NCBI RefSeq assembly: GCF_006345805.1
Contig: NC_043013.1
Span: 36,828,001 to 36,892,000, forward strand
DNA length: 64,000 bases
Direction of reading: 5' to 3'
Source of the DNA: Octopus sinensis
Taxonomy: Eukaryota
The position numbers and the translations under genes are program-made. Position 1 is the stretch's first letter. Every line of letters starts with the position of its first letter. The notes beneath the pieces were generated by a model. That model saw nothing but the letters and a program-made list of their open reading frames with translations, did not search any database and was not told the DNA's origin. Positions 38,116 through 51,147 of this stretch are shown here, piece after piece.

Positions 38116-39673
38116 CTATGAGGATCAGAAGCAGAGACTTTAATCAAGGCAGGATTTTAACTTCATTGTTTAAACAGATGTAACCAAATACCACAAGGAA
38201 TTTTTTTCTTGTCTAATTGTAATAGAAAATATTAAATGAAATTGATTTTTTTTTTCTTTTAAAATAGTAAAATATATGTATAAATAAGAATAGTATTTTA
38301 AATTGTAAGAAAGGCGTTTGTGGGAGAATAAAAGTATGTGCTTGAATATGTGCTCTGCTGCATTGTTATGCATCTGCATCATAAGCTAGATCATGTTGCA
38401 AGCAACATAAGTGCAGCTGCCTTTTGTAATATATTGTCCACCCTCTTACTGATGCGCTTTCTGTTAAGCATTTTCTGCTTTATGTGCAGTAATGCTGGCA
38501 CCTGGACATTTTATTCTGAATTTATAGAATTCATTTATACATATGTGTGTGTGTGTGTGTGTATTACAAGCACATACATCACACTCTTGCGAATATGGAT
38601 TTGTATTTAGTTGTAATTGTACAAAAGTTACAGAGATACATGCTTTTAAATTTGTTTAAAGTACAAACTGCTTCTCTATGCAACTGAATATGTTGTTAGT
38701 TTCAGAACTGCAGCTATTGTTTAGTCTAAGAAAAAGGTTGGGTGGCAGGCCTAAGTTGCCAAACACATCTATATATATGTATATCTATATATGTATGTGT
38801 ATATATATATATATATGAAGATATGTGTGTATGTATAATAAAAAAAAAAGATAGAAAATAGCCCTCACTCCTGAAGGTTTAGACATAAAAGGATGAATGC
38901 AAATTTACATGTATGAAAGTTGTATATTTAATGAGCCACAAAAGGATAAAGAGAGAAAAAAAAAGTGATATTTAGTTATTTAAGTAAAAATATATGTTCA
39001 GCCATTGCTAGCAAGATCTTTGGTATAACAAAAGCTTTTAAAAATCAACAACAAGCAGATGAGACACATGCATAAAACCAGTAATGGGAATTGTTATGGT
39101 TAGAGCTGTGGAGTAAGTATTGGGTTAGGATTTCTTATCTGGTGGGTTGGTGAGACAATGTATGATGATGGTGTGTGTTATTGATGTGAAGAGAGGACAG
39201 TTTCTTAGCTGTAGACTTTTGTATTGGGTCTATTTATTTCAAGTTTTGGTATGAGAAAGATGTGGTCTTGTAATATAGGGTGAGCATCTTCTCTAAACAA
39301 TTTAATGGTTTACACATTGGCGAATTTATCAATAAAAATCACATTGATCTGACCAAAAAAAAAAACCCTGAGATACACTATCTGAATAAAAAGGAAAGAA
39401 TAGTCATACCTGGAAGTTGTTTGGTGGTAGATTTGCTTGGTCAAGTGAGTTTAGGACAAACAACAACCCTTATCAGTTTAGCAGACCTAAGGAGACAAAA
39501 TGAGAGACTACAATAACAAGAAAAATGCATGGCTTGGGTAACATCTTTTAGATATGGTACCTAACCCCCAATTTGTCTATATTGATGAAGAGGAAGATAT
39601 TTCCTGTTCTTAAATATCTTAACATGAAAGTTTTCAAAAAAACAAAAAAACTCACCTTGTACCTGATACCTTT

Positions 39674-39810
39674 CTGTTTAGGTCACAGTCACAAAGTTAG
39701 TGACCTATGGAGGACTTGAAGCTGTTTAGGTCACAATGACGGTCATTGACCCTTGGAAGACTTCAGATATTTAGGTTACAGCACAGGGACATTGCTCTCT
39801 AGAAGACTTT
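39674..39810. repeat. Three ~46-bp degenerate units carrying AGGTCA/TGACC half-sites
   Basis: Units start at 39674, 39722, 39767; units 1-2 read TTTAGGTCACA...TGACC..TGGARGACTT, unit 3 is more diverged. Confidence 0.75.
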
Positions 39811-40085
39811 TTGAGTTTTTTTTTTTTAAATAAATGTTTTATTTTTTTATTTTAATTTCAACAAAAGTTGATATGTTGATACATGAAACATCATTTACTT
39901 ATCATTTGCAGCAGAAGATGACGGTGGGGGTAATGGTTGGTGTTTGATAGTGCTATTGGTTGTGTGCTACATAGTTTCATGTATCACATATTGGATCGTA
40001 TACATGTGCATAGACATGCATGTGTAAGCATATGCATTTGCATGTATGTGCTTATATGCAAGCATGTTTGTGTTTGTGTGTGATG

Positions 40086-40144
<59 letters not shown>

Positions 40145-41107
40145 AAAAGATGTGTTGTACTGTTCCACATATACAAAAACAGTCATACCATCAATCCAAC
40201 ATACCTCCATCATCAGCTGCCCCACAATGCTTATAAAGATATATATATCCACATACATATATTTATTTATTTATTTGTGTATATGTACATTTAGTAATGC
40301 TTCATATTTACACAGAACCACAGAACATAGCACATTGATAAAATCAATCCCTTATAAATAAGCAGCCATGCATATCTACATCTACATATGCATACATACT
40401 TAAACTTTGTGTTACAAATGCTCCCTAATAGTAAAATTCTTCTTCAGTGCTTTTTACTCTTGACCAGAGGTATGTGTGGTGGTAGTAGGGTAGCCGTCTT
40501 GATTGCCTTTTTTATTTGGTATCTTTTTTTATTTTTGTTTTACTATAGGTAATCTTGTCAGTTTCTTGTTGAACTCCATTTTTTTATACAGTGTAAGTTG
40601 AGCTGGTAGAGTGATTTAGCTGGCTATTGAACCACTTGCTTGTACAGTGGTAGGTTCAAACGTGTTGCTATATTACCTCTGTTCCACTCTTTACTGTAGG
40701 GAATAAGTTGAACAGATCAGATCATCTGAGACCAAATCTTTAATAGAGTGGTATCCTTTCCAGAAAAAAAATATTGAATCTCTATTCCATTTTACAACCA
40801 GGAACTGGAGTTCGGCATTATTACACCTCATGAAAGTGGTTCAAGTCTTACCTGGTTTCTCATTTGAGTGTTTTGGTTTGTCTTCATTAGCAGAGCTATC
40901 TGAAGTTGTAATTGCATGGACACTTCACTGCAAAGAGCGACAGACAGATACATCCCACTCATACACACGTATATGTATTAGCATTTCTTCATTGTTGAGG
41001 CTAGATGCAAGGTTTCATGTTGGTTTTCTGTTTTTACTAGCTGCCTTCAAATGTTTGATGTCTTTTTCCAGAGACTGTTTTTGTATTCATTTTAGTTATT
41101 GCTATTT

Positions 41108-41292
41108 AAGGCGGAGAGCTGGCAGAATCGTTAGCACTCCAGGCAAAATGCTTAGCAATATTCCATCCATCTTTACACTCTGAGTTCAAATTCTGCCAAA
41201 GTTGACTTTGGTTTTCAAGAGTCAATAAAATAAGTACCAGTTAAGCACAGGGGTTGATGTAATTGACTTACTTCCTCCCTTGAAACCAATAA
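41108..41292 (+). mobile_element. SINE family A, near full length
   Basis: AAGGCGGAGAGCTGGCAGAATCGTTAGCAC ... GAGTTCAAATTCTGCC ... AATAAAATAAGTACCAG. Confidence 0.85.
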
Positions 41293-41642
41293 TAGTTACT
41301 GTCATTTCTTTTTAGTTATTTCCTCCACATCCTTCCTTCCTTTCTTCACCCTCACTCCCCCCTCTCTTTCACACACATTTTTATCATATTATTCCACTAA
41401 TACCAGACCATCATATGAACTTGTTACATGAATTAGTCCCAAAGAAGTTATGTCATTTCTAGAAGACCCTCCACACCCTCCTCAGCCACCAACTGAAGCT
41501 AATGGGGTATCTATATATGGACACTCTATCTGATAGAAATAATAACTAAATCTCTCTCAAATTATATCGCATAGTCTAAGCAATAACGATAGTTCTGTCA
41601 GTAGTTTTTGTTTTGTATTACATATCATGTTTACCAAAGATT

Positions 41643-41818
41643 GCAGTGGTTTGACAGAATTCTTAGAGCATTGGAGAATATGCTTTGTGCCATATTTGTT
41701 AGGTCTCTTTATATTCTGATTTCAAATCCTGCCAAGGTAAACAAGCCTTTTATCCTTTCAGGGCTGATAAAATAAAGTAGAAATGCTCAGGATGGGGTGG
41801 CAATTGCTGGCCTTGAAG
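41643..41818 (+). mobile_element. Degenerate SINE family A
   Basis: TTCAAATCCTGCCAAGG ... ATCCTTTCAGGGGCTGATAAAATAAAGTA. Confidence 0.7.
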
Positions 41819-43306
41819 CTATCAAGCGCACACGCACACACACACACACACACACAAAGTATAATATAATATAATTCCTGAAAAATTATATCTATTTGAT
41901 TTTGTTTCATTCTTCAGTTTTTCCATGATTTTATTCACCTTTCAGGGTTTTTTTAATTTATTTTTGTAGCCAATTTTTCTCTGTGCAAAAATACTTTTAC
42001 ATTTCTCTGCATAAATAAAATCACTTCTGAATACCTATATATACGTATGACATACTTTATTTTTAAACGCACAATTTCGAATACATACTCCTGTATATAC
42101 ACATTTTACTTTCTAATTTTCCTTATAAATAATTAATGGTTACTGTTTGTGCTGTTTTGTTTTCTACTTAAGTCACAAACAAGACTCTCTTTGTATTATT
42201 TTGTTTTATCTTGGGAAGTTCAAGAAAGGCATGAATGTCACATATTGTTATTGCTTTTGACTGATGAGTCAAATTATCTCTTGCTGAATAACTTTGAATC
42301 TACTTTCTTACATTTAGACAACATTGTTGCATGCAATAACTTTCTTTACATATATATATATATTTATATATTAAAGATCTGAACTTAATTCCATGTGACA
42401 AAAAAAAATGCCATTTTTGACATATAAACATAAAATTTGCTTGCTATTGCATGTAATCAAAACAATCTCAATCACATGAAGATCACTTTTAAGACCAGGT
42501 TAACAGCTTATCCTGGTCGGCTGCTTCCACTTAAATTCCTTAAAATTCATATTGAAATGAAGAGAGTTGGTTCACTCATTTGGTGATGGTTGAAGAATTC
42601 CCTCACCTGGTTGATATTCTCACCTGATTACCTTACTGATATTTGCAGCACAAACATGGTGCCAGCCCTGTGTGTACCATTAGGGTTCCCTGCAGCAGAT
42701 AACAGCATCCTTATTTGTTACAAATTGTTGAAGAGTGATGTAGGTACTGTGCCCAAATGTTGACAATGTGTTTTAGCTATTTCTTGCTCCATTCTACTCA
42801 CTGGCTCTTATCACACTCTTCTTTTTTTTTTTTTTCCTTTCTGCACCAATTACTTATCCTACCATACCCAAATTTTTGCTGTCCTCGCTTTGTCTTCCCA
42901 GTTTAATTAGGGAGTATATAAGTACCGCCGCGTGCATGTGTGTGAGTGTGTGTCTGTGTGGTGACAATGGAAATCTCTGAAAGGAAGGGTTTCTAAAAGG
43001 AGTCTAAGCAAAGTTTGGAAATGTCTTGTATCTAGGATAAAGCTGGATAGAGCAGGGGTTGGGCAGGGAAAGTGCTACTAGTTACTTCTTGTTGCCCCTT
43101 TTCTGTCTTTCTCCCCATCTCTATCCCATTCCCTGCTCAACAACCATTATTATTATCAGAGACCATCATCTGCAAATGGAGACACTCATTCCATCATTCC
43201 ATCACCAAAACATAAATTTTACTTACTCTTGAAAGGATGCAGTGTTTATTGCTCACCCACTCCCTCTTTTACCTACATCTGCTCCCTTATTTTCACCTTT
43301 AACCCC

Positions 43307-43383
<77 letters not shown>

Positions 43384-44434
43384 CCTATACCTGTTTCTAC
43401 TGTTTCTTTTCTCAGATAAGTTTGTATACGTTTTTTTTCCACCCTCTTTGTGGTTGGTAGGAGGGTACTTTGGAAGTAGGAGGATGAGTAAGTTGTTTCA
43501 TAGTTCACCCTAATTCCTACAGTCATTCTTTCATCATTACTCTTTCTCCTCACCACCACCGCCGCCACCTGCTATCTTTGCCATTAGTGTTTATTTGTCA
43601 AAATGTAGGGGGTGATAGCCTGTGTGAGTATATTCTGTATAGAAAAAGAATTTAAAAGGAGTGTAGGGGATTTTCATGACCCCTTTCTTTTCATCAACCT
43701 GCCAGCCTCAGTTTTTTTTTCTTATTGTTGTTGGAGGTTGGGTGATGTACTGGATATGGTGTTGGAAAAGGCTTTTGGAATCACTAGACATTGTGATCAT
43801 CACACACACACACATACAACTGATATCTTAAATGTGTCTTCCCATCGTGTATATAATGTGGAGGGAATATAACTGCTCACAAGAAAACTTCCACATACCC
43901 AATGTATTTTATCATACTTTTATGTGCGCTCACATTTATGTGTTTTTTGAGTGTATTCCATCTGTGGCAACATTAAACATCAAACACTACTACACCACCG
44001 TGATTGCAGTTTTTAATACTATCTGCCACCCAGTTCTTCTTAGTCCTAAAGCATAGATATCAACACTGACCAGCAGCTTCTTATTTCAGGGTTCAGGAAG
44101 TGGAAATGGAAGGAAGGGGACTCTGTGCTAATATAAAGTCTTGAATAGTTACTAGGGAAAGCATGAAGCATAAGGAAACAGGGTGGTTTGGAGTAAGGGG
44201 AAAGGTGGGGAGAGTTGCTGCTTTTTTTTTCTTTCCTCAAAGTAAACAAAAGATATCCATCTCTTGACTCTAGTTTTCATGTTACTTCCCAACAAACACT
44301 TATGTTAGTATATTTTTAGAAACAAGGATATAAGAATCCTTGCTGTGTGTGTGTGTAGAAAACAGTCCGGCTGAAAACATCATCAAATGCATCAACATAA
44401 CCAATACAACACAAGAGTTGGAAACGTTTGGGGT

Positions 44435-44663
44435 TTAACCCTTTTGTTACCAACCCGGCTGTAACCGGCTCTGGCTCTGTAGTACAAATGTCTTATTTTC
44501 ATAAGTTTTGAATTAAAATCTTCCACCAAACCTTAATCACAATTTATGTTCCTAACACTAGCTGAATGATGACTAAGTTACTTTACTAAATTTTTTGTCA
44601 TATTTAAAGTAATTGAAAGAAACACAGAGCATCTCAAAATAAATACAGTAACAAAAGAGTTAA
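44435..44663 (+). mobile_element. TTAA-flanked MITE (piggyBac-like termini), copy 1
   Basis: TTAA|CCCTTTTGTTAC ... GTAACAAAAGAG|TTAA; no coding capacity. Confidence 0.85.
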
Positions 44664-45030
44664 GCAAGATGTGTAGTAAGCTGTTGTATTGCAAACCTGG
44701 TGAGCCAATGATCGAAAGTTATACATACACAAAACACCTAGCACAATATTGTACATCATAAACTTCACAAAACAGCTTTAGAACTCAAATCTCTTAGTTT
44801 GTGCTAATTCAGAAATCATCTTGAGCTAGCAGAAAAGAAAAAGAAAAAGACCATCAATACAAGCCATCATAATTCTAGGTTATGAGATGTTTTGCTGCTT
44901 GTGAAGAAAATGCTTTTATTCTACATCACTCCAATTCATTTAGAATCTAAGCGTAGGTACCAGAAAACCGGAGAATTTTTAATGTCCTACCTACATTGGC
45001 TCTTCATGCAGGGAAAGATTTAATCTTCCA

Positions 45031-45258
45031 TTAACCCTTTCATTACTGTATTTATTTTGAGATGCTCTGTGTTTCTTTCAATTACTTTAAATATAACAAA
45101 GAATTTAGTAAAATAACTTAGTTATCATTCAGCTAGTGTTAGGAACATAAATTGTGACTAAGGTTTGGTGGAAGATTTTAATTCATAACTTAAGAAAACA
45201 AGACATTTGTACTCAGAGCCAGAGCCGGTTTCAGCTGGGTTGGTAATGAAAGGGTTAA
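45031..45258 (-). mobile_element. Same MITE, copy 2, inverted relative to copy 1
   Basis: TTAA|CCCTTTCATTAC ... GTAATGAAAGGG|TTAA; about 16 differences from the reverse complement of copy 1 (manual count). Confidence 0.9.
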
Positions 45259-46840
45259 CTTTTACAGTATGCGATGGGGGTTGCTTAGTGTTAGCTCTTA
45301 AGATCCATTTTGCATTCTTGCAAATTTAAGCTGCCATTAAAATACAATACAATATGTTATGCAAATCACCAGTATTAACTAATACAAATAAGTAGTTGAG
45401 AAATTTAACAAACTACTATTACAGGCTAACCCAGCATATTACATTATCTTATGCTGCTAACTCAGCAAATCAAACTGAACCAAACCAACAACATAAGTGA
45501 CATATGTAAAAGTTAACAAATATTCATTGATACAAACCAGCTTAAAGTAATCCTGTGGTAGTTTTTTTTTTTTTGTTTTTCACTAAACTTTCAGTACCAA
45601 CAAAGTTAACTTATTTGCATACTCAACAGGCTCTCAAGTTCCTTTTTTCCCATAATAATCAACAGAACAAAAAGTCTTGTCTGTCTTATTTAATTTTTTC
45701 TCATTTCCGTTAGCTGTTGAAATAAAGGTTTGTGGAATCTTGCGGAGTGGTTGGGGGAAGGAGTAATGAGTTAAAAAAAAAAAAAGGAAGAAGGAAAGAG
45801 TTGCAGCAAGAGATGAGAGGGAGGGGTGATAGGTAATTGTGTGTAAATTGGAGGGGTAGGGCAGGAGGGGGTGTATAAGGAGTTTCTGTATTGTTTTTTT
45901 TTTTTCCTCTTTGCCTATGAAACTATAAAGTCTTTCTTTATAAACTTGTGCATATGTATTTATAATAGTGGGCACTGTTGTAATTCTGCTTCTTGTTGTT
46001 GTCATTCTGGAATTCTTTAAACAAAGGAAGCTCTCAGCAAAAAAACAGAAACAGTGGTTGAAAGAGGAAGCCCCACCTTAATCAGAGACATTTGTCTCTC
46101 CTAGCGTGGCATTTTATTTGTACATGTATGTGTACGCATGTGTACATATATATATATGGGTTCTTTCATAAATATTTTAGTGTGTATGTATATCATGTTA
46201 ATTGTCATTTGCATTTAAAAGAATGAGGACTTTTTCCCCCACTATTTCATTTTCAGAAGTTCTATAAGGGAGGTGTGAGCAGAAAGACGAGTGAGCATTT
46301 CGAGCATTTCGTATGAGAGAGGTCACTCTCCTTTCTTACTCCCCACCTTGTGAATTGTTAATTTCTTTTTGTATTTCAATAGAGCTTTGTTTTTATATTT
46401 ATTCTACGGGTTTTATATTTTCATATGTTTATGTTTTTGTTTCTTTCTACTTTGTTTACCTGAGAACTAAAGAGGTAACCATTGTTACCTGCTTTCCTTT
46501 CCCTTTGTTTTTTGGTGCCTGGAAACAACAGATATCTGAATCAGACAACCCTCCCTTTGAATACAGTAGCTAAAACATAGTAGTGATGGTCGTGGGAGTG
46601 TCGCGACATTCATTCATATCTGTGTGGATTGGAGGCTGATTGTCTGATTATTTGGTTGGTGAAAGTCTTTTTCTATTTATTTATTTCATACCACTACCTG
46701 GTTCATAAATATATGTGGTGTTTGAAATTTACTGGATTGCTTGTGTGTGCAGCTGATGATCATTGGTTGCTATCCTACTGGGTTTTACTACAAATGGTTT
46801 CATGCTACCTTACTTGCTTCATTTATTGTTAGATTTTCAG

Positions 46841-46972
46841 TTATTTTATGGTGTTAAAATGGCTACACAACATGCCGAAACCATTGTTTACATTGTCAAT
46901 ACAGTGACTGACAAAAGGGGTCTACCACAATTTAATGGCTTTCATGAAGAGAACTTCTGTAGTAATTTTAAG
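46841..46972 (+). CDS. Putative coding exon of unrecognised protein: (LFYGVK)MATQHAETIVYIVNTVTDKRGLPQFNGFHEENFCSNFK; ATG at 46859
   Basis: TTTTCAG| acceptor, AAAATGG start context, 132 nt stop-free non-repetitive frame, phase-0 AAG|GTATGG donor. Confidence 0.55.
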
Positions 46973-49202
46973 GTATGGAAAACATGCTGAGACCATGGGG
47001 ACTATTTTGAAGAATATCGAGCTTGCATATAAACAATATATGGAAACATTATTTACTGGGTACTGGTGAACATTTTGGGGTGGGGGGCTTGATCAGGGAA
47101 TTTTATGATATTACCTCATATATATATAAGATAAAAGAGTATAATGTTTGTTTCATGTGAAGTCTTGTTTAAAAGCAATTTAATAAACCTGTCAAAATTC
47201 CATGTTAATGAGTACATATTAATTTTTACCAGGTAAATGTTGACAACCTTCTTTCTATATATATATATATATATTATCAATGATTAAGGGTAAAATCAAT
47301 TAACTATTAATCAATTAATTTCACCAAGTGTTTGAGTAAACACTATCTGGGAGACTCTTCTTAAAGTAGTGGAAATAGCTAAAAAAAACTTTTTGGCTGC
47401 TATTTCTAAAAATTTCAGTATGTGGCAAATTAAATTATTTTACTGAGCCCTAATTATATAACGTATATATATATATATGAGGTATCTAGCTCATATAGTG
47501 TTCGTGAAATTAAGCTGCCTATGGGTGCCTGTCTGATTCTTCTTACATGACAAAGATACTGCATATGTTCTGCACTAATTATATATATATAAATATATAT
47601 ATATTGCATATTCTCTATGCACACATACACATAAACTGAATTATGTACAATATCATTGTTGTATTACACTTAAACTACACTTTGGTGTTACACTCAACAA
47701 ATAACTTGAGGGTGCATTGAGTTAAAAATAAAGTATTGCCTTGGTTAGCAATTAAACTTGAATTTACAAATCAGTCTTGAGCATCTCTTCTTTGGACTTG
47801 CCCTTTTACTCATACACAATGTTACTCTTGAATTTTTCTGTGCAGCTGTTGCTGGCATGTGCTGATCAATAGTAAAATGGGATTGCTAACATCTTACAAC
47901 TCTTCAAAGCCAACTAGTGCCTGGTGACAAACTTGGTAGCTCCATTCCCAAACCAGTACAAGTGCTCCTGAGAGCTTGTTCCAGCCAACTCATCCTTGTT
48001 AAGAACTTTGGCTCCACCACCAGCATGTCTTTAGTCAGGGCTAATCAGCAATCTGGAGTGTCTACCTGGATGCTTTCCTAACTAAAAAAATAGCAGCCAA
48101 ATCTCCCGCGAATCGCACCGTACTGTCATAAAGAGAAAAAGAAAAAAATAATCTTGCTTAATTCAGTCCTAGTTATGTCGTCTGAAGAAACAAGACAGGG
48201 TGGTCATAGCTAGAATTACATTGATCAAAGAGTAAATAACAATAACTTGCTTATTTTGAAGAATTAGTGCTTGGCTTCCCAGTGTGAGACATGTAACATG
48301 TATGAAAGAGAGCATCGGGCCAACCACATATATACATGGCAGCATTTTATTACAGAAATGATAAGCTTTAGAAAAATATTGACACACACAGCACTACACC
48401 ACAACATCAGCAACTGAATATGTTTTGAACTTCAATCACGGATGTAAATCTGAGAAACCTCATTGGCAGGAACAGAACTTTGTAAACTGGGTTTTAAAGT
48501 GTTTGCTAAGATTCGTTCCTTTTGCAGCTAAATTTGTATCTTGATTACGGTTGCCAACACTGCCATCACTACCACAACAATTACAACTATAAAAACTAAA
48601 GCAACAAAACCAAGTTTAAAGAAGAAAATGTAAAAAAAAAAAAATAACAAAAATTTAAAAAAAAAACAATCAATTCAAACATTGATTTTTTTTTTTTTTT
48701 ATTAAATTTGGGTGGAGTAAATATTTCAACACATCAGTCTTTTATCATAATGTATGTTGTCTCAATAACCTTTCTTTTCTATATTTTCTTTTGTTCCTCT
48801 TCTATTTATGTGTATGTGTGTGCTATTATGTTTAAAGTGTGTTCTCACCACCACCACCACCACCACCACCACTACTACTACTAATAATAATAATAATGAT
48901 AATACTGTTAATCACAACAGCAGCAACACTGCTGCTGTTACTAAATTTATAAAGCCAATGATCTAAATTTTCAGCTGTGACAAATAAATTGATTTGTTGA
49001 TATCTAAAGACTAAAGATAAAAGATATTGTTAATGATGATTGCTTACTTACACACAGAGCTACAGAGTTCTGTAGCTTAGATGAGTTGAGATGGTGTGAC
49101 AGTCATGTTTGGGCGGGGACATTATTATTAGCATTGTGAGTTGACTAGAAAATAGTTTGTAAGCCTACCACCATCACAATACTTGACTAAATAACTAATA
49201 AA

Positions 49203-49410
49203 TCTTTTCTACTAGGCGGTGGTGGTGGTGGGGGGGCAGGGCAGTGCTTGTAATTTTGGAGCAGGGGGTTTGTCTATTACATTGACCCCCCCAGTGCTCG
49301 GGTGTTACTTATTTCATCGATCCCAAAAGGATAGAAAGCAAAGTTGACCTTGGCAGAATTTGAACTCGGAATGTAAGGACATACGAAATGCTGCTATTAA
49401 TTTTGTCCAG
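49203..49410 (-). mobile_element. SINE family A (further fragments at 49530-49620 and 49730-49830)
   Basis: TACTTATTTCATCGATCCCAAAAGGATAGAAAGCAAAGTTGACCTTGGCAGAATTTGAACTCGG. Confidence 0.8.
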
Positions 49411-49684
49411 TAGATTCAACAATGATAGATAATAAACTTCTAACATTGGCTAAGAATGCACATATGTAACAGAAGAGCATAGTTGATTGGATTAACAATT
49501 TCAGTACATAATGATTCAAACTTATTTTATCAACTTTGATGGAATGAGGAGCAAAGTTAATCCAAACAGGATTTGAACTCAGAACTAAGAGATGTGTAAC
49601 TAAATACCACAAGGGAATCATTCTGATACTCTACTGCTTTCTTTACTCTACTCTTACATTAAACTAATGACAATATTATTATTA

Positions 49685-49715
<31 letters not shown>

Positions 49716-50510
49716 CATTGTTATTGTCCTTTCTACTATTGGTATAAGGTCGGAAATTTGGCAGGGGGAGGTCACTCAGTATTTATGATTATCATCAGTA
49801 GCATAAAAAATGCCAAAAGAGCTATAGCACTCAATTACGATATTATTACATTTCCATATAATTTTCTTTTTAAAAATAGCATGAACACCACGAATTCACA
49901 TTTCATTTTCCTCTTCCCTACTACTGTAAATCCTGTGAAATGCTGCATGAATGAGGAAGTTTGTACCCGGTCCTTCCACAACTTTCCCTTATATCCTACC
50001 ATGCAGTCTTTATAAAGAAGGATAGATCAGATGATCTAGTCTAAGATACACTATATATATACCTGATGTAAAAATGATGAAGGTGATCACTGTTTCAATA
50101 ATATCTTGATCAAGACCAACTTGGATTTCTAAACCATATCAGTTTGAAAGACCTCAAATACTTGGGTGTCATAAATCTGTTTAGATGTCACAGTCTGGCT
50201 GAACAGCAACAGCATGTGAGATAAAAGTGTTTGAATAGACAAAAAGGCTTTGAATAATTAAGCATCTTATGGGTTTCAGTAATAATGTAGGTTCTTATTC
50301 TGCAGTTAATTCTGCTGGCCGTGATTCTGGAGAAAAGCATGTATGATTAATACTTATCATTGCTTCCTGTAATGGTTCAGTATTGAATCAAGATTTTAAA
50401 TATATATGTGTGTGTGTGTGTGTTGATTTGAAGTTTTAAACACATGTGTAGCTAAAATTAAGTAGAGCATATCTCAGACTATATTATTAGTGTAAATGCA
50501 TGTCTGTGTG

Positions 50511-50560
<50 letters not shown>

Positions 50561-50883
50561 TTTAGATCTCAATCTCCCCTACACACATACATTCAATGAT
50601 TCATGAAGCTCTATAGTGTAGTCTAGGGTTATGCAGGTGGTGTTCACAACAACAGGCTTCACCACAGATGTCTATAACATACCCATGGGTGGAGGGTTTA
50701 TTCTTTTCATTATTTTACACCACCACCACTCATCCTTGATGTGGGGATGGGGCAATGAGTGGCTTCTTTTTTTTTTGTTTTCTTTAATATATTGTGTATA
50801 TGTGCACATAAATGCAATCAATCTATTGGATCATTTCCTGACATAGAGCAGTTATGGTGATAAGCTGTCCCTTTCCCTTACAG

Positions 50884-50916
50884 TTACAAAAACACATGCA
50901 GACACACATGTTGCAG
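50884..50916 (+). other. Candidate 33-nt phase-0 microexon (LQKHMQTHMLQ)
   Basis: GTCCCTTTCCCTTACAG| acceptor, CAG|GTGAAA donor; the sequence is partly CA-repeat-like. Confidence 0.25.
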
Positions 50917-51147
50917 GTGAAATAGCTTTCAAATAAAAATTAGGAAATAAACACACCTTGATAGCCCCTTTCTCTTTCCCTTACTCCCTACAACACAGTT
51001 AGCCTTTTCTTTGCTCTTTTTTTTTTTTCCCCTCCATCCATATCCTTTATCTCTAAACCTTACCAAATCAATTGCAAAGTCTGCATGTTTGCTACAGTAA
51101 TTCACTTTCAATAGAATTAGTGTGATTGTTCTGCCTGATACAAACAC

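Noticed and set aside
46841-46972. Similarity of the exon peptide to PIP4K (N.F..EN..S.FK), KIF13 (GLPQ..FC) or I-BAR N-termini
   Set aside because: Only a few scattered residues match in families that are normally highly conserved; no gene symbol assigned.
49058-49077. AGCTACAGA-GT-TCTGTAGCT near-palindrome
   Set aside because: A 9-bp arm is expected occasionally by chance in 64 kb, and there is no supporting context.
49943-49957. 15-nt match to the 3' part of miR-67/307 (CTGCATGAATGAGGA)
   Set aside because: The seed TCACAAC is absent and the flanking complementarity is in the wrong order for a hairpin.
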